A DNA stretch of 64,000 nt from a virus (IMGVR_UViG_3300043672_000039:9187-73186); one strand, 5' to 3'; positions 45,144 to 53,991 are shown, counted from the stretch's first letter. The notes: generated by a model from the sequence alone, not told the origin. Translations and numbers: made by a program.

Positions 45144-45457
45144 TGTGGCAACTCTAGCACAGCATCCTTCGATGACGCAACTAAAAGTTTTAATTCCGGA
45201 GCGATTATTTTTTGATACTGCGCCTCAATTTCCTCCGCAGTCATGCGCGGATGACGGGTCCGCAAACGTGCCGGGCAGACTGCGGACAGCGGATGATCGA
45301 GCCGCCAGTAACCGTGCAGCACCGCGCGTTTGAGATCGCATGAAAAACGGTAGTTCAGGTCGAGAGCGGCATCGTAAAGCGCCGCGAGTTGAGTCCGCGA
45401 AAGCTCGGGATGAGTCAGGCCGAAAAGTTTACGGAACCAGCGGATCATATTTTTCAT
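45140..45457 (-). CDS. Hypothetical protein, MIRWFRKLFGL N-terminus
   Basis: Coupled ORF. Confidence 0.55.
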   Translation of the reverse strand: MKNMIRWFRKLFGLTHPELSRTQLAALYDAALDLNYRFSCDLKRAVLHGYWRLDHPLSAVCPARLRTRHPRMTAEEIEAQYQKIIAPELKLLVASSKDAVLELPQ

Positions 45458-45665
45458 TTACTTCAATCGCTCGTTGAATCTCGGGGTGATCGAGGGCCGG
45501 AAGCTTGCGGTCGAAATCCGCACAAAACCAAGTGCGAAGTCCTCGCCCGTTCTTCGTGAGCCCGACTTCGAATGGTGACGCCCGAACAACGGAATACCCA
45601 AGAGATTCTGCCCGGAGGATTGCCGAGGGTCGCAGGCCGAAAAGTTTACGGAGCCAGCGGATCAT
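45416..45665. repeat. 33-bp direct repeat pair (45416-45448, 45633-45665), 1 mismatch
   Basis: CAGGCCGAAAAGTTTACGGA(A/G)CCAGCGGATCAT. Confidence 0.9.
45429..45665 (-). CDS. Hypothetical protein, MIRWLRKLFGL N-terminus
   Basis: Coupled ORF. Confidence 0.55.
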   Translation of the reverse strand: MIRWLRKLFGLRPSAILRAESLGYSVVRASPFEVGLTKNGRGLRTWFCADFDRKLPALDHPEIQRAIEVNEKYDPLVP

Positions 45666-45925
45666 GGTTCGAGTTTTGGTTCGGCGATTTTTGCAGCGGC
45701 AAACGCGGGCCTAAGAAAAGCTCCGAGCCAGAGTAAAAATAACCTTCGAGGATTATCAACCCATTGAAAATCTGGCATTGGGCAATTTTTCCACTGAGAT
45801 TCGAGGGTCTTAGTGAACGTATCTATCGCAGCCTTCAACTCTGCTCGGGCCGCGTCGTGATGCTTCGTCGCAAGGTTTTTGTATTCTTCTTCGGTTAGTA
45901 GATATTGCATGACGTTTAAACCCAA
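45662..45925 (-). CDS. Hypothetical protein
   Basis: MQYLLTEEEY..L pattern, coupled. Confidence 0.55.
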   Translation of the reverse strand: MGLNVMQYLLTEEEYKNLATKHHDAARAELKAAIDTFTKTLESQWKNCPMPDFQWVDNPRRLFLLWLGAFLRPAFAAAKIAEPKLEP

Positions 45926-46161
45926 TCAGAATTTTTGTAGTAGTGCTCCAATGCGGCGAAGTCCGTCGCGCGAACAAGAACATACGTATGACCATCGAAG
46001 GTATGTCCGAAGGTCGGTCCGCCGTTTCGTTCAAGTAGCAATTTCACGCCTTCTCTCACAGTGGCAATAGGAAGTTTCGGTTTACCGGAGACCGAAGTTG
46101 CAAGGGGCTCGAAGCGACCGCTTAGCTTGCAACCTCGGGACGGTAAATTTTTCTTCTTCAT
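45916..46161 (-). CDS. Hypothetical protein
   Basis: Coupled ORF. Confidence 0.5.
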   Translation of the reverse strand: MKKKNLPSRGCKLSGRFEPLATSVSGKPKLPIATVREGVKLLLERNGGPTFGHTFDGHTYVLVRATDFAALEHYYKNSDWV

Positions 46162-46655
46162 TCAATATTCCCCAACGCTTCGGAAATCGAGTCGCGCATC
46201 TGATCGAGTTGCTCTTGCTCGCCGTTCTCGTCTTCCTCGTCCAGTTCGAAAGAGAGTTCATTCAATTCTTCGATGATGGACTCCAGACAATCAATGCGCG
46301 ACTGCAATAGCTGCCCGGTGTCTCCGTCTTGTAATCCCTGCGGCATGTTCTCAAGACTTCCCTGAGTTTCGTCCTTAAGGTTTTCCAAGTCGCCGACAAC
46401 GCCGTCGCGATTCGATTCGAAATCCTCCGGCGTGGTGCCTTCAATCGGCGCATCTTGAATTGCGAAGACTGCGGAGTAATACGCGGAGCGCGTCAGGTCG
46501 GAGCGGCTCGGGCGGCAGGATTTGCATCGCACATACTTTCCGCCGCGCATGAACTTCCACCAAAAATAACTGTCACCTTTGGCGATTTTCTTTTCGCACT
46601 TGGAACAGGCTCCCGGTGATTTCCTCGCTTTAGCTACTACGTTGAGTTGTGACAT
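46158..46655 (-). CDS. Zn-finger plus acidic coiled-coil protein
   Basis: CSKC..KI.KGDSY.WWK...C..C. Confidence 0.65.
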   Translation of the reverse strand: MSQLNVVAKARKSPGACSKCEKKIAKGDSYFWWKFMRGGKYVRCKSCRPSRSDLTRSAYYSAVFAIQDAPIEGTTPEDFESNRDGVVGDLENLKDETQGSLENMPQGLQDGDTGQLLQSRIDCLESIIEELNELSFELDEEDENGEQEQLDQMRDSISEALGNIE

Positions 46656-46658
46656 ATA

Positions 46659-46967
46659 TTAGAATGAGTTTGTTTCGACGAAGTTGGTTACATCCGCGAC
46701 GGGGTCCGGATCAGGTCCGCAGCGCCAGTCCCTCGTTGGGGCGGAAGGAAGTTTCGCCGGTTCGCCATAGCTCTTGCGAATCCGGCCCGGCGACACGCGT
46801 TCGAAACCGGGATGATCTCCCCAAATCTTATGAAAACCTTCGGGCTCGCGTTTCCAATCGATTTCGTCGTAGTGGTCTCGCCATCCGGGCGAGCGGTCCG
46901 CGTCACCTTTGCCTGCGCCATGGGCTCCCATCAAGTCTCGTTGTGCTGGTCCTGAGTTGCGTGGCAT
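46659..46967 (-). CDS. Hypothetical protein
   Basis: GAGKGDADRSPGW...YDEIDW motif. Confidence 0.6.
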   Translation of the reverse strand: MPRNSGPAQRDLMGAHGAGKGDADRSPGWRDHYDEIDWKREPEGFHKIWGDHPGFERVSPGRIRKSYGEPAKLPSAPTRDWRCGPDPDPVADVTNFVETNSF

Positions 46968-46971
46968 AAAT

Positions 46972-47214
46972 TTAAATGTGGACTTCGTAGAATACTACCA
47001 GCGTTCGAATGATGCGTTCCTTTTGGTATCGCGGAAGCACGCCGAGGATAGTGGTAATTTTCTCAAGTGACGCCAGCATGTTCGAAGAACTGGCGGACTC
47101 CGGCTCAATCGCCGGATCAGCAATCGGCGTGAAGTTTGCCGGAGGGGCTCCGTCATGCCCGAATCGAATCGGTTGTTTAACGCTTCGAATATCAAGTGGC
47201 GAATGTTTTTTCAT
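46972..47214 (-). CDS. Hypothetical protein
   Basis: Coupled ORF. Confidence 0.5.
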   Translation of the reverse strand: MKKHSPLDIRSVKQPIRFGHDGAPPANFTPIADPAIEPESASSSNMLASLEKITTILGVLPRYQKERIIRTLVVFYEVHI

Positions 47215-47546
47215 ACGTCAGCGGCGAGAACGACTTCGCGAATGTTGTCGAAGGTGGTGCTTGGATGATCGTTGAAGGTAACGAGCCCGTTATCGGCGAG
47301 CCGAGGAAAAAGTTTATGCGCAGTTGAGGCAATTTTTTTCACAACTTCAATAGTCTCTTTGGCAACGCCGTCACCGTAGCATTTTTGGATCGCGCCGCTC
47401 AAACACCAGCAGCATGCCCTTGGGTGATTCCATGAACTGACCACCGCATCCTCAGAAAAGAAACCTAACGCGATGCCTGCGGCGTCCCGAGCGAAGCAGC
47501 CTTTCGTCCACTTGTCCGGGCTCGTGAGTAGTTCGGAGATTTTCAT
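47211..47546 (-). CDS. W.KG..AR / WCL.GA family protein, paralog 1 (DUF6197-like)
   Basis: WTKGCFARD...CWCLSGAIQKCYG...FND..TTF. Confidence 0.65.
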   Translation of the reverse strand: MKISELLTSPDKWTKGCFARDAAGIALGFFSEDAVVSSWNHPRACCWCLSGAIQKCYGDGVAKETIEVVKKIASTAHKLFPRLADNGLVTFNDHPSTTFDNIREVVLAADV

Positions 47547-47554
47547 GGCGAAGC

Positions 47555-47749
47555 TTACGCGTCGAGGGTGCCGACCCACTTAACGTTTTTGATTCTCCAA
47601 ATCGCCTTGCGAGAAAACTTCTTGCGCAAGAACTTGACCGCTTTGACTTCGGCGTGAACCAGCGCATGCTGTTTGGTGGTAATCAGCAGATCGCCGATAT
47701 GCTGGTTCGGTTCGTAGCGGATTTCCCAGAGATGCAAACCGGAGATCAT
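47555..47749 (-). CDS. Hypothetical protein
   Basis: Small ORF in operon. Confidence 0.45.
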   Translation of the reverse strand: MISGLHLWEIRYEPNQHIGDLLITTKQHALVHAEVKAVKFLRKKFSRKAIWRIKNVKWVGTLDA

Positions 47750-48138
47750 ACCTTTATGGTTCGGTCGAGTTGGATAATGTTGCTCGGGCTCGATTCGACT
47801 TTCGTTTTTTCAGCGGTGAATAACGCTTCCTGTTTCGCAGCCGCGATGCGAGCTTGAGTCGCGTTACGGATCGCGAGCACGCGCATCGCAACGTTCGAGA
47901 TCGAGCCGAGCAGGGGTTCATACTCCTGCTTGAGTGTGAACCACGCGCCGAGAAACTCGGAGCCGTGCTGGATGAATGTGTTCGCGAGAAACTCGTGATT
48001 GCCGGTAATCTCCGCTTGATGCTCGCGCGTTTGCACATCGAGCGCCGCAAGCTCGGAAAGCCGGTCGAGGGCTCCGGCGATTTGAGACGCGAGTTGAAGG
48101 TTGAGGGGCTGGACAGGTGTTTGTTTTGTGTTACTCAT
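47746..48138 (-). CDS. Hypothetical protein
   Basis: Helical ORF. Confidence 0.55.
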   Translation of the reverse strand: MSNTKQTPVQPLNLQLASQIAGALDRLSELAALDVQTREHQAEITGNHEFLANTFIQHGSEFLGAWFTLKQEYEPLLGSISNVAMRVLAIRNATQARIAAAKQEALFTAEKTKVESSPSNIIQLDRTIKV

Positions 48139-48229
48139 TATAGTAGGGCTCGGTGGTTGAGATCGAGGAGGGATTTGTATTTCATACGTTAGCGGGTTTT
48201 GCGGGCGGAGTTGTAAAGTTTAATCAACG

Positions 48230-48544
48230 TCATACTTTGGCCTTTCGAATAACGCGACGGATCATGGCAAACGTGGTGCTCGACAGATTGTTGAACGACG
48301 CGATACCGTAGTATTGGTATTGGGGATACAATTCGTTGAGTGCGTTTTTGAGTTTGAGAACGACATCTATCGGCTCACCATACGGATCATCCTCTGGCGC
48401 GTAGCACTTCTGGATCGCGCCGCGCAGGCACCAACTAACAGCGCCCGTGCAATTGCCGTGAGGCAAGGTGCCGCCATGTTTATCCATGGCGAAGTAGCGT
48501 TTGATCCACTTCTCCGGCTTGTCAAGCAGTTTGAGTAGCGTCAT
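48230..48544 (-). CDS. DUF6197-like paralog 2
   Basis: WIKRYFAMD...SWCLRGAIQKCY...FNN..TTF. Confidence 0.7.
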   Translation of the reverse strand: MTLLKLLDKPEKWIKRYFAMDKHGGTLPHGNCTGAVSWCLRGAIQKCYAPEDDPYGEPIDVVLKLKNALNELYPQYQYYGIASFNNLSSTTFAMIRRVIRKAKV

Positions 48545-48834
48545 ACGTTGGCCTTACGCAGAAGGTTGCGGAGCTTACGAAAAGTGGTGGTGCTGGCGTT
48601 ATTGAAACCTACAATGTTGCCGCAAAACTGGGGATGCATTTTTGCGATGACTTGTTCAAGCTTCTTGCTTTGTGCATTATAGGCTGAGCCGTAGCATTTT
48701 TCAAGGGCTCCAATCAGGCACCAACTCACGGCGTCTGGGTGTGACCCGAGGAAGACCGGGTGACCTTCTTTGTTCCGGGCAATGGAGCCTTTGATCCACT
48801 TCTTTGAATGATTGAGCAGTTTGAGGATTTTCAT
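48541..48834 (-). CDS. DUF6197-like paralog 3
   Basis: WIKGSIARN...SWCLIGALEKCYG...FNN..TTF. Confidence 0.7.
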   Translation of the reverse strand: MKILKLLNHSKKWIKGSIARNKEGHPVFLGSHPDAVSWCLIGALEKCYGSAYNAQSKKLEQVIAKMHPQFCGNIVGFNNASTTTFRKLRNLLRKANV

Positions 48835-49172
48835 ACGCGGGCAGCGCGAACAACGCGCAGGATATCGTTGAAGGTGGTTTTCGGATCATCGTTGAAATCA
48901 ACGATGGAGGACATTCCCGGATAAAATTTTCTAATGGCCCTGAGAAGCCGGGCTCTCGCCCGGTGATTCGCGGCATTAAAAGAATCCCCGTAACATTTTC
49001 TTAGAGCGCCGCCCAAGCACCAGCATTGCGCAGAGTCGGACATATAATCACAACTCGTTTTGGAGAGCAAACCCGGGTCGATTTTTAAAGACCGGAGGCT
49101 GACGTAACGAGTGCGAGCGAAATACCCGCGCGTCCATCGCTGGTAACTGGTGAACAGCTTTAAAATTTTCAT
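48831..49172 (-). CDS. DUF6197-like paralog 4
   Basis: WTRGYFART...CWCLGGALRKCYG...FND..TTF. Confidence 0.7.
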   Translation of the reverse strand: MKILKLFTSYQRWTRGYFARTRYVSLRSLKIDPGLLSKTSCDYMSDSAQCWCLGGALRKCYGDSFNAANHRARARLLRAIRKFYPGMSSIVDFNDDPKTTFNDILRVVRAARV

Positions 49173-49975
49173 TACGATACGCTACCACCATCGCCATCAG
49201 TTGCACAACTAATATTTACAGAAAAAATTGGTGGGCTCGATTGATCACCGATTGGTGTCGTGGGCGGATCGCCGAAATACGGTTGCGGACTCGGTGGAAC
49301 CGGTGTGACGTTCGGAGGATACACCAGAGTAGGTCGTGCAGAGCCCGGCACATAGTCCGCAGGTATCAGGCTCCGCCGGTCGATGCTGCGTTCGATTGCG
49401 TCGAGTCGTTTATCAATCGAGTCGAGACGCTCGATGATCTTGGATGTGGATTTTTCAAACTCACCCGCAATCGTTTTGTATTGAGGACGCGTCTTGTCGG
49501 CACAGTCTTCGCGAAGCTGCCCTGCGGCAATGAGTGCAGCCTCAATCTGAAGCAGGGACGAGACGATGTCGTGCTCATTTTCATTGTCGAGCTTCGCGCG
49601 GTTGAAGGTGATGTTGAAATCGTCATCGGTTGGCTTTTTGTAGGCGTCACGCCGATATTTCCAGAAGCGATACACAATCATGTCGGCAAGCCGGAACGCC
49701 TGTTCATATTCATGGAGCCCGAAGACTCCCCACGTTCGTTGCTGACCACCGAGGTAGGATTTGACAAACCATTTGTTCGCGACGGCATACACGTTCGAGG
49801 CTTTACCTTCAGATCGCCGGTCAGCGATGGCAACCTCGGACGGCGTCAGCTTGGTCTGGGGCATGCACGTTCGCAGGTTCGAGAAGGCGAGACGGATCAG
49901 GTCTTGCTGCACGCGGGTTTGAGCGAAAGAACGAGAGTCCGCCGATTCGCCCTGAGAAAATGAGTCATTTTGCAT
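49172..49975 (-). CDS. Protein with AP2-like DNA-binding segment and coiled coil
   Basis: KWFV...GGQQRTWGVF...EQAFRLAD. ATG 49975 lies 7 nt after the motif. Confidence 0.5.
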   Translation of the reverse strand: MQNDSFSQGESADSRSFAQTRVQQDLIRLAFSNLRTCMPQTKLTPSEVAIADRRSEGKASNVYAVANKWFVKSYLGGQQRTWGVFGLHEYEQAFRLADMIVYRFWKYRRDAYKKPTDDDFNITFNRAKLDNENEHDIVSSLLQIEAALIAAGQLREDCADKTRPQYKTIAGEFEKSTSKIIERLDSIDKRLDAIERSIDRRSLIPADYVPGSARPTLVYPPNVTPVPPSPQPYFGDPPTTPIGDQSSPPIFSVNISCATDGDGGSVS

Positions 49976-49982
49976 ACAATCC

Positions 49983-49991
49983 AACAGTCAC
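49983..49991 (-). promoter_or_regulatory. GTGACTGTT motif
   Basis: 7 nt before ATG 49975. A TTGACA lies upstream, 17 nt before the GACTGT core. Confidence 0.7.
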
Positions 49992-50054
49992 CGGGGGAGT
50001 GGGTGATGTCAAGAACGAAATTGAAGATGCGTAGGCGAGTCGGCGTTTCGCCGT

Positions 50055-50256
50055 GATGATGGGTATCTATGTTTTAGAGCGAATGCGGTGACAACTTTTT
50101 ATTATCGATGTATGGACAGTTAAAGGTCTCCTGTATCTATATTAAATTAATTCACACATATATTAAAATACATCATATTAAACATCTTTAGCTGTTCATA
50201 CTTCGATAATAAAAAGTTGTCGTCGTGTTCGCTCTAAAACATAGATACGCATTATT
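50055..50256. repeat. Long imperfect inverted repeat (73-bp arms) with AT-rich 56-nt loop; candidate origin or structured RNA/ssDNA
   Basis: 50055-50127 pairs with 50184-50256, with 9 G.T pairs and 2 mismatches. Confidence 0.9.
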
Positions 50257-50299
50257 TATTAGATTTATCACTTTTTATCTGCGCCCGAGCATTTTCTAG

Positions 50300-50308
50300 G
50301 TGACTGTT
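50300..50308 (+). promoter_or_regulatory. GTGACTGTT motif
   Basis: 6 nt before ATG 50315. Confidence 0.7.
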
Positions 50309-50314
50309 GGATTG

Positions 50315-50455
50315 ATGGCCTCGACCAAGAAACCTGAAGACAGGCTTTTCGCAGACATGAGCCCGGAGCTTCGCAAGCTTCAAAAGCAGGCGCACAAAGA
50401 ACTTCGCCTGAAGAAACGCACTGAATGGAAGCTAAAAAATCTTCAACCGCAGTAA
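50315..50455 (+). CDS. Small basic protein (46 aa, not in ORF track)
   Basis: MASTKKPEDRLFADMSPELRKLQK...QPQ directly after the motif. Confidence 0.55.
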   Translation: MASTKKPEDRLFADMSPELRKLQKQAHKELRLKKRTEWKLKNLQPQ

Positions 50456-50640
50456 TCTTTCCCTGCCGGTATTGCGGCAACCCACTTCCGCACTTGCCGA
50501 GCGACTCACCCTCGGATTATCGAACGCGGAAATACTGCTCCGCACCGTGCCGCGCAAAGGGGAGGCGTGATTTGGTGAGAGACCTAAAGGCTGATATGCG
50601 AAGGGTCGGCGCACTGATCCAACAGATCAACGATTTATGA
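50425..50640 (+). CDS. Zn-finger protein
   Basis: CRYCG...RKYCSAPC. Confidence 0.6.
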   Translation: MEAKKSSTAVIFPCRYCGNPLPHLPSDSPSDYRTRKYCSAPCRAKGRRDLVRDLKADMRRVGALIQQINDL

Positions 50641-51602
50641 AGCGCGCTTTTCTCACCGGCGTCACGGGCCAAGACGGAAGTTATCTCTCCGAGTTGTTGC
50701 TCGGCAAAGGTTACGAGGTTCACGGACTTGTGCGGCGCACCAGCACCTATAACCGTCAGAGGATTGCGCATCTCGAATCCAATCCAGCGTTTAAACTTCA
50801 CTATGGAGACTTGAGCGAGGGCTCCTCAATCTCGCGACTGCTCAACGCGATTGAGCCGAATGAGGTTTACAATCTCGGTGCTCAATCCCACGTTCAGGTG
50901 AGCTTCTTGAATCCGGAATACACGGCAGACGTGGACGCAACAGGCACGATTCGATTGCTAGAAGCAGTGCGATGCATGCGGCATCGTCCGAGATTCTATC
51001 AGGCATCTTCAAGCGAAATGTTCGGCAAGGTCGCAGAGATTCCGCAGACTGAAACAACTCCATTCTATCCACGCAGTCCGTATGGTTGCGCCAAAGTATT
51101 TTCGTATTGGGCCACAGTCAACTATCGCGAAGCGTATGGGCTCCACGCGAGTAACGGTATTCTGTTCAATCACGAATCCCCGCGCCGTGGCGATACGTTC
51201 GTGACTCGGAAGATCACGCAAGCGGTCGCGCGTATTAAGCTCGGGCAACAGAAGCAACTTGCTCTCGGCAATCTCAACGCTCAGCGTGATTGGGGATACG
51301 CAGCAGACTTCGTCGAGGCAATGTGGTTGATGCTTCAGCAGGATGTGCCCGGCGATTACGTTGTGGCAACGAACGAAATGCACACCGTTGCTGAATTCTG
51401 CCAGCTTGCTTTTCATTACGTTGGCTTGGACTGGCGCAAGTATGTCGTGCATGATCCACAGTTCGACAGGCCCGCAGAGGTTGATCAATTGCTCGGGAGT
51501 TATGCGCGTGCTGAGCGCGTGCTCGGATGGAGACCGAAGACCAAGTTTGCTGAGCTTGTTCGGATCATGGTGGATCACGATTTGATGAAGGCCGAAGCAT
51601 GA
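50637..51602 (+). CDS. gmd: GDP-mannose 4,6-dehydratase
   Basis: [71 protein letters not shown]. Confidence 0.97.
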   Translation: MKRAFLTGVTGQDGSYLSELLLGKGYEVHGLVRRTSTYNRQRIAHLESNPAFKLHYGDLSEGSSISRLLNAIEPNEVYNLGAQSHVQVSFLNPEYTADVDATGTIRLLEAVRCMRHRPRFYQASSSEMFGKVAEIPQTETTPFYPRSPYGCAKVFSYWATVNYREAYGLHASNGILFNHESPRRGDTFVTRKITQAVARIKLGQQKQLALGNLNAQRDWGYAADFVEAMWLMLQQDVPGDYVVATNEMHTVAEFCQLAFHYVGLDWRKYVVHDPQFDRPAEVDQLLGSYARAERVLGWRPKTKFAELVRIMVDHDLMKAEA

Positions 51603-52219
51603 GCCAACATAATCGAGAACTGGTGGATAAAGCTTTAGCGACTGCAATGGCAGATCGTAGCGCATGCGTGAAGTATGAGGTTGATCAAGATCAGGCGTTC
51701 TTGTTGTATGCAACGTTCTGTTGCGATGTTGAACGCACTGCACACGCAGTCAATGTAAAGCCTGCGGACATCATCCAAATGGCAGAGCAGGGTGGATGGA
51801 ATGAGAAGCTACGCGGCATCATTGAGCTAAAGAAATCTGGCAGAGCAGGCGATGTTGAACGCGCGGTCAATCGTGCAATCAATTACGTTCAGGCTCACCG
51901 ATTGCGTGAATTCCTTCAGCGTGTGCTTCAGCACATCTTTGGGCAACCATTGGAGAACATTGAAGAATGGATGTTTTCCATGCAGTATTCAAAAGGCCAA
52001 GAGGAGCCCGTAAAGAAGTTCACCACTCGACCGCTTGCGGACTTGGCAGTTGCATTGGAGAAGTGTCATTTGCTCACATATATGGCTCTGGGCGACTCAG
52101 CCTCGGAGCGCCGTGGACGCGACACCGCACCGGACGCAGACTTGAGTAGCGGAGACCTTCACGCGAAGATTGCTGCGGCGATGTCCAAAGAGGTTACGGT
52201 CACAGCCAAAGTTCTCTGA
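51599..52219 (+). CDS. Candidate terminase small subunit / HTH protein
   Basis: N-terminal HTH-like segment ending W, helical oligomerisation-like region. No other TerS candidate seen. Confidence 0.35.
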   Translation: MSQHNRELVDKALATAMADRSACVKYEVDQDQAFLLYATFCCDVERTAHAVNVKPADIIQMAEQGGWNEKLRGIIELKKSGRAGDVERAVNRAINYVQAHRLREFLQRVLQHIFGQPLENIEEWMFSMQYSKGQEEPVKKFTTRPLADLAVALEKCHLLTYMALGDSASERRGRDTAPDADLSSGDLHAKIAAAMSKEVTVTAKVL

Positions 52220-52567
52220 ATTCTGAACAGAGAGAAATCAAGTTAGGCTCACCTAACATTCTTCAATGTAACTACATTTCTTTGGCGTTCCTCCAATAGT
52301 TAGACTAAGCGAAATCCGAGCGTCGGGCTCGCGTTCAGTCGATTATTGCAGCCGCCCTCCTCGACTTCACGCCCTCATAACGATACGGCTCGACGACTGT
52401 CCGCAATCCTACAGGAATGGTATTCGGCGACACGTTCCCGAGCGGGATCGACGCCCCGGAGCCCCGGCGGACCGTAAAAACGGCTCGGGGGGAAATTCGC
52501 TTGACAACTCTCGCTTAGTGGTGATACCTAGAAACGAAAAAACCGTATCGCGACCCCCTTAATTTAG

Positions 52568-52576
52568 GTGACTGTT
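52568..52576 (+). promoter_or_regulatory. GTGACTGTT motif
   Basis: 7 nt before ATG 52584. Confidence 0.7.
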
Positions 52577-52583
52577 GTAATTG

Positions 52584-53216
52584 ATGTCAGAGTTTAAGGA
52601 TATTTGTTCTGCGAAAAAATCGACCCCGCTAGAGAAGGATTTAAAATTTTTGGATTGGGCGATTCGGATTGTTCGACGGCGGATCACATTTCGGGAACGA
52701 AAGGTGCTTCGTATGGCGCGATGGCGAAAAACGGCTCTGGTGAGATATCATTCCGGCGAAAATGTTGCCCGGCAGATGCGCGAACGAAAGCGCACGTTGG
52801 AACGAGCGTTTAGACGTGTGCTTCGACGTGAATCCCGGCAAAAAATAAAAAATCAGATCGGGATCGAAAAGGCATACCGGCGCGTTTTACTCCGGCAAAA
52901 TAATCAGATAGAAATAAAACTCGCCAATCGGCTTCGCCGTCGTTTTGAGAAAGCTTTCCGGCATAGAAAATCATCTCGCATCTGTATGGAACTGACCGGC
53001 ACGTCCGTTGCTGGACTCCGGGCGCATCTTGAATCACTTTTCAAATCCGGGATGACGTGGGAGAACTACGGGTTTTGGGGCTGGCACATCGATCACATTA
53101 AACCGGTATGTTCTTTCGATTTGAAGTTGCCAGAGCATCAACGCGCCTGCTTTCATTACAGCAATCTTCAGCCTCTCTGGAAATCGGAGAACCTCGAAAA
53201 GGGTAGGAAACATTAG
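52584..53216 (+). CDS. HNH-type endonuclease with basic N-terminus
   Basis: GMTWENYG..WHIDHIKP...CFHYSNLQPLW..ENL.K. Confidence 0.85.
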   Translation: MSEFKDICSAKKSTPLEKDLKFLDWAIRIVRRRITFRERKVLRMARWRKTALVRYHSGENVARQMRERKRTLERAFRRVLRRESRQKIKNQIGIEKAYRRVLLRQNNQIEIKLANRLRRRFEKAFRHRKSSRICMELTGTSVAGLRAHLESLFKSGMTWENYGFWGWHIDHIKPVCSFDLKLPEHQRACFHYSNLQPLWKSENLEKGRKH

Positions 53217-53397
53217 TTGTGGAAAACCCGCTCGCCGTGCTATCGTCATTCCAATGAAAACTAAATTTCGTCTCGGCATTCGGTATCTCGTCTATTGGGA
53301 CTTTCGGATTCGCGGCGTTTTTCTCTCTTGGGTAAGAGAGCACCGCCGAATGGTCGGGCTTCCTCCAGTCGGTTCGCCGTGGGACCAATAGGATTTT

Positions 53398-53586
53398 ATG
53401 GCCGCACACATCTCGCCTGACACAGAATTGGAGACCGTGCCTTGCACGTATTGCGCTACGCCCACGACGATGACTGGCACCAAGCTTTGTGACCGGTGCT
53501 GGGAATTGCGCGGGCGCATCTCCCGAGACCCGGTGCTGGCAAAGAGAATGCTGGACGAGATTACCAACAATGAAAAAACGGAATGA
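53398..53586 (+). CDS. Small Zn-finger protein
   Basis: CTYC..PT...TKLCDRCWEL. Confidence 0.6.
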   Translation: MAAHISPDTELETVPCTYCATPTTMTGTKLCDRCWELRGRISRDPVLAKRMLDEITNNEKTE

Positions 53587-53746
53587 ATTTCACGTCCATC
53601 CCTTCACCGGGATTCTGTTCGGCGCTCTCATCGTCAGGCCATGGCGGACGAAGGCCCTGCCCAAGGCGCGGGTGATGCACGTCCACGTTTGGAATATTAT
53701 CTCGCCGCGCGGTCGGCTGATGAAGGCAAACTTTATCCTTAACTGA
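53570..53746 (+). CDS. Small hypothetical protein
   Basis: ATG 53570, fills the gap. Confidence 0.4.
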   Translation: MKKRNEFHVHPFTGILFGALIVRPWRTKALPKARVMHVHVWNIISPRGRLMKANFILN

Positions 53747-53747
53747 T

Positions 53748-53954
53748 ATGAAACGAAAGTTCAAACCCCGGGCAACCCTGACGTTGCACAACTTTTCCAA
53801 ACTGTCCTCCGCCGAGCGTGAAGCAGTTTTTTCATGGATGACGCGGCAACTCACGATGTTGATTCAACAGCCGGAAAGCTTTGCGGACCGATATACCGCG
53901 CGATTTCTCGTCCCGAAGATCAAGGCAACGGTCCGGCGCAAAGAAAGATATTGA
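53748..53954 (+). CDS. Small hypothetical protein
   Basis: A.LTL......S..ER..V..W pattern. Confidence 0.5.
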   Translation: MKRKFKPRATLTLHNFSKLSSAEREAVFSWMTRQLTMLIQQPESFADRYTARFLVPKIKATVRRKERY

Positions 53955-53975
53955 TCGTCAGAGGGAGCCCGGCGA

Positions 53976-53984
53976 GTGACTGTT
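53976..53984 (+). promoter_or_regulatory. GTGACTGTT motif
   Basis: 7 nt before ATG 53992. Confidence 0.7.
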
Positions 53985-53991
53985 AGATTAG

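Noticed and set aside
47211-49172. Diversity-generating retroelement behind the paralog array or the 33-bp repeat
   Set aside because: No reverse transcriptase and no adenine-specific TR/VR pair
50071-50095. GTTTTAGAGC, the start of the SpCas9 type II-A repeat, with a complementary copy nearby (repeat/anti-repeat-like)
   Set aside because: Only 10 nt match, there is no array or spacers and no cas genes. It is explained by the inverted repeat.
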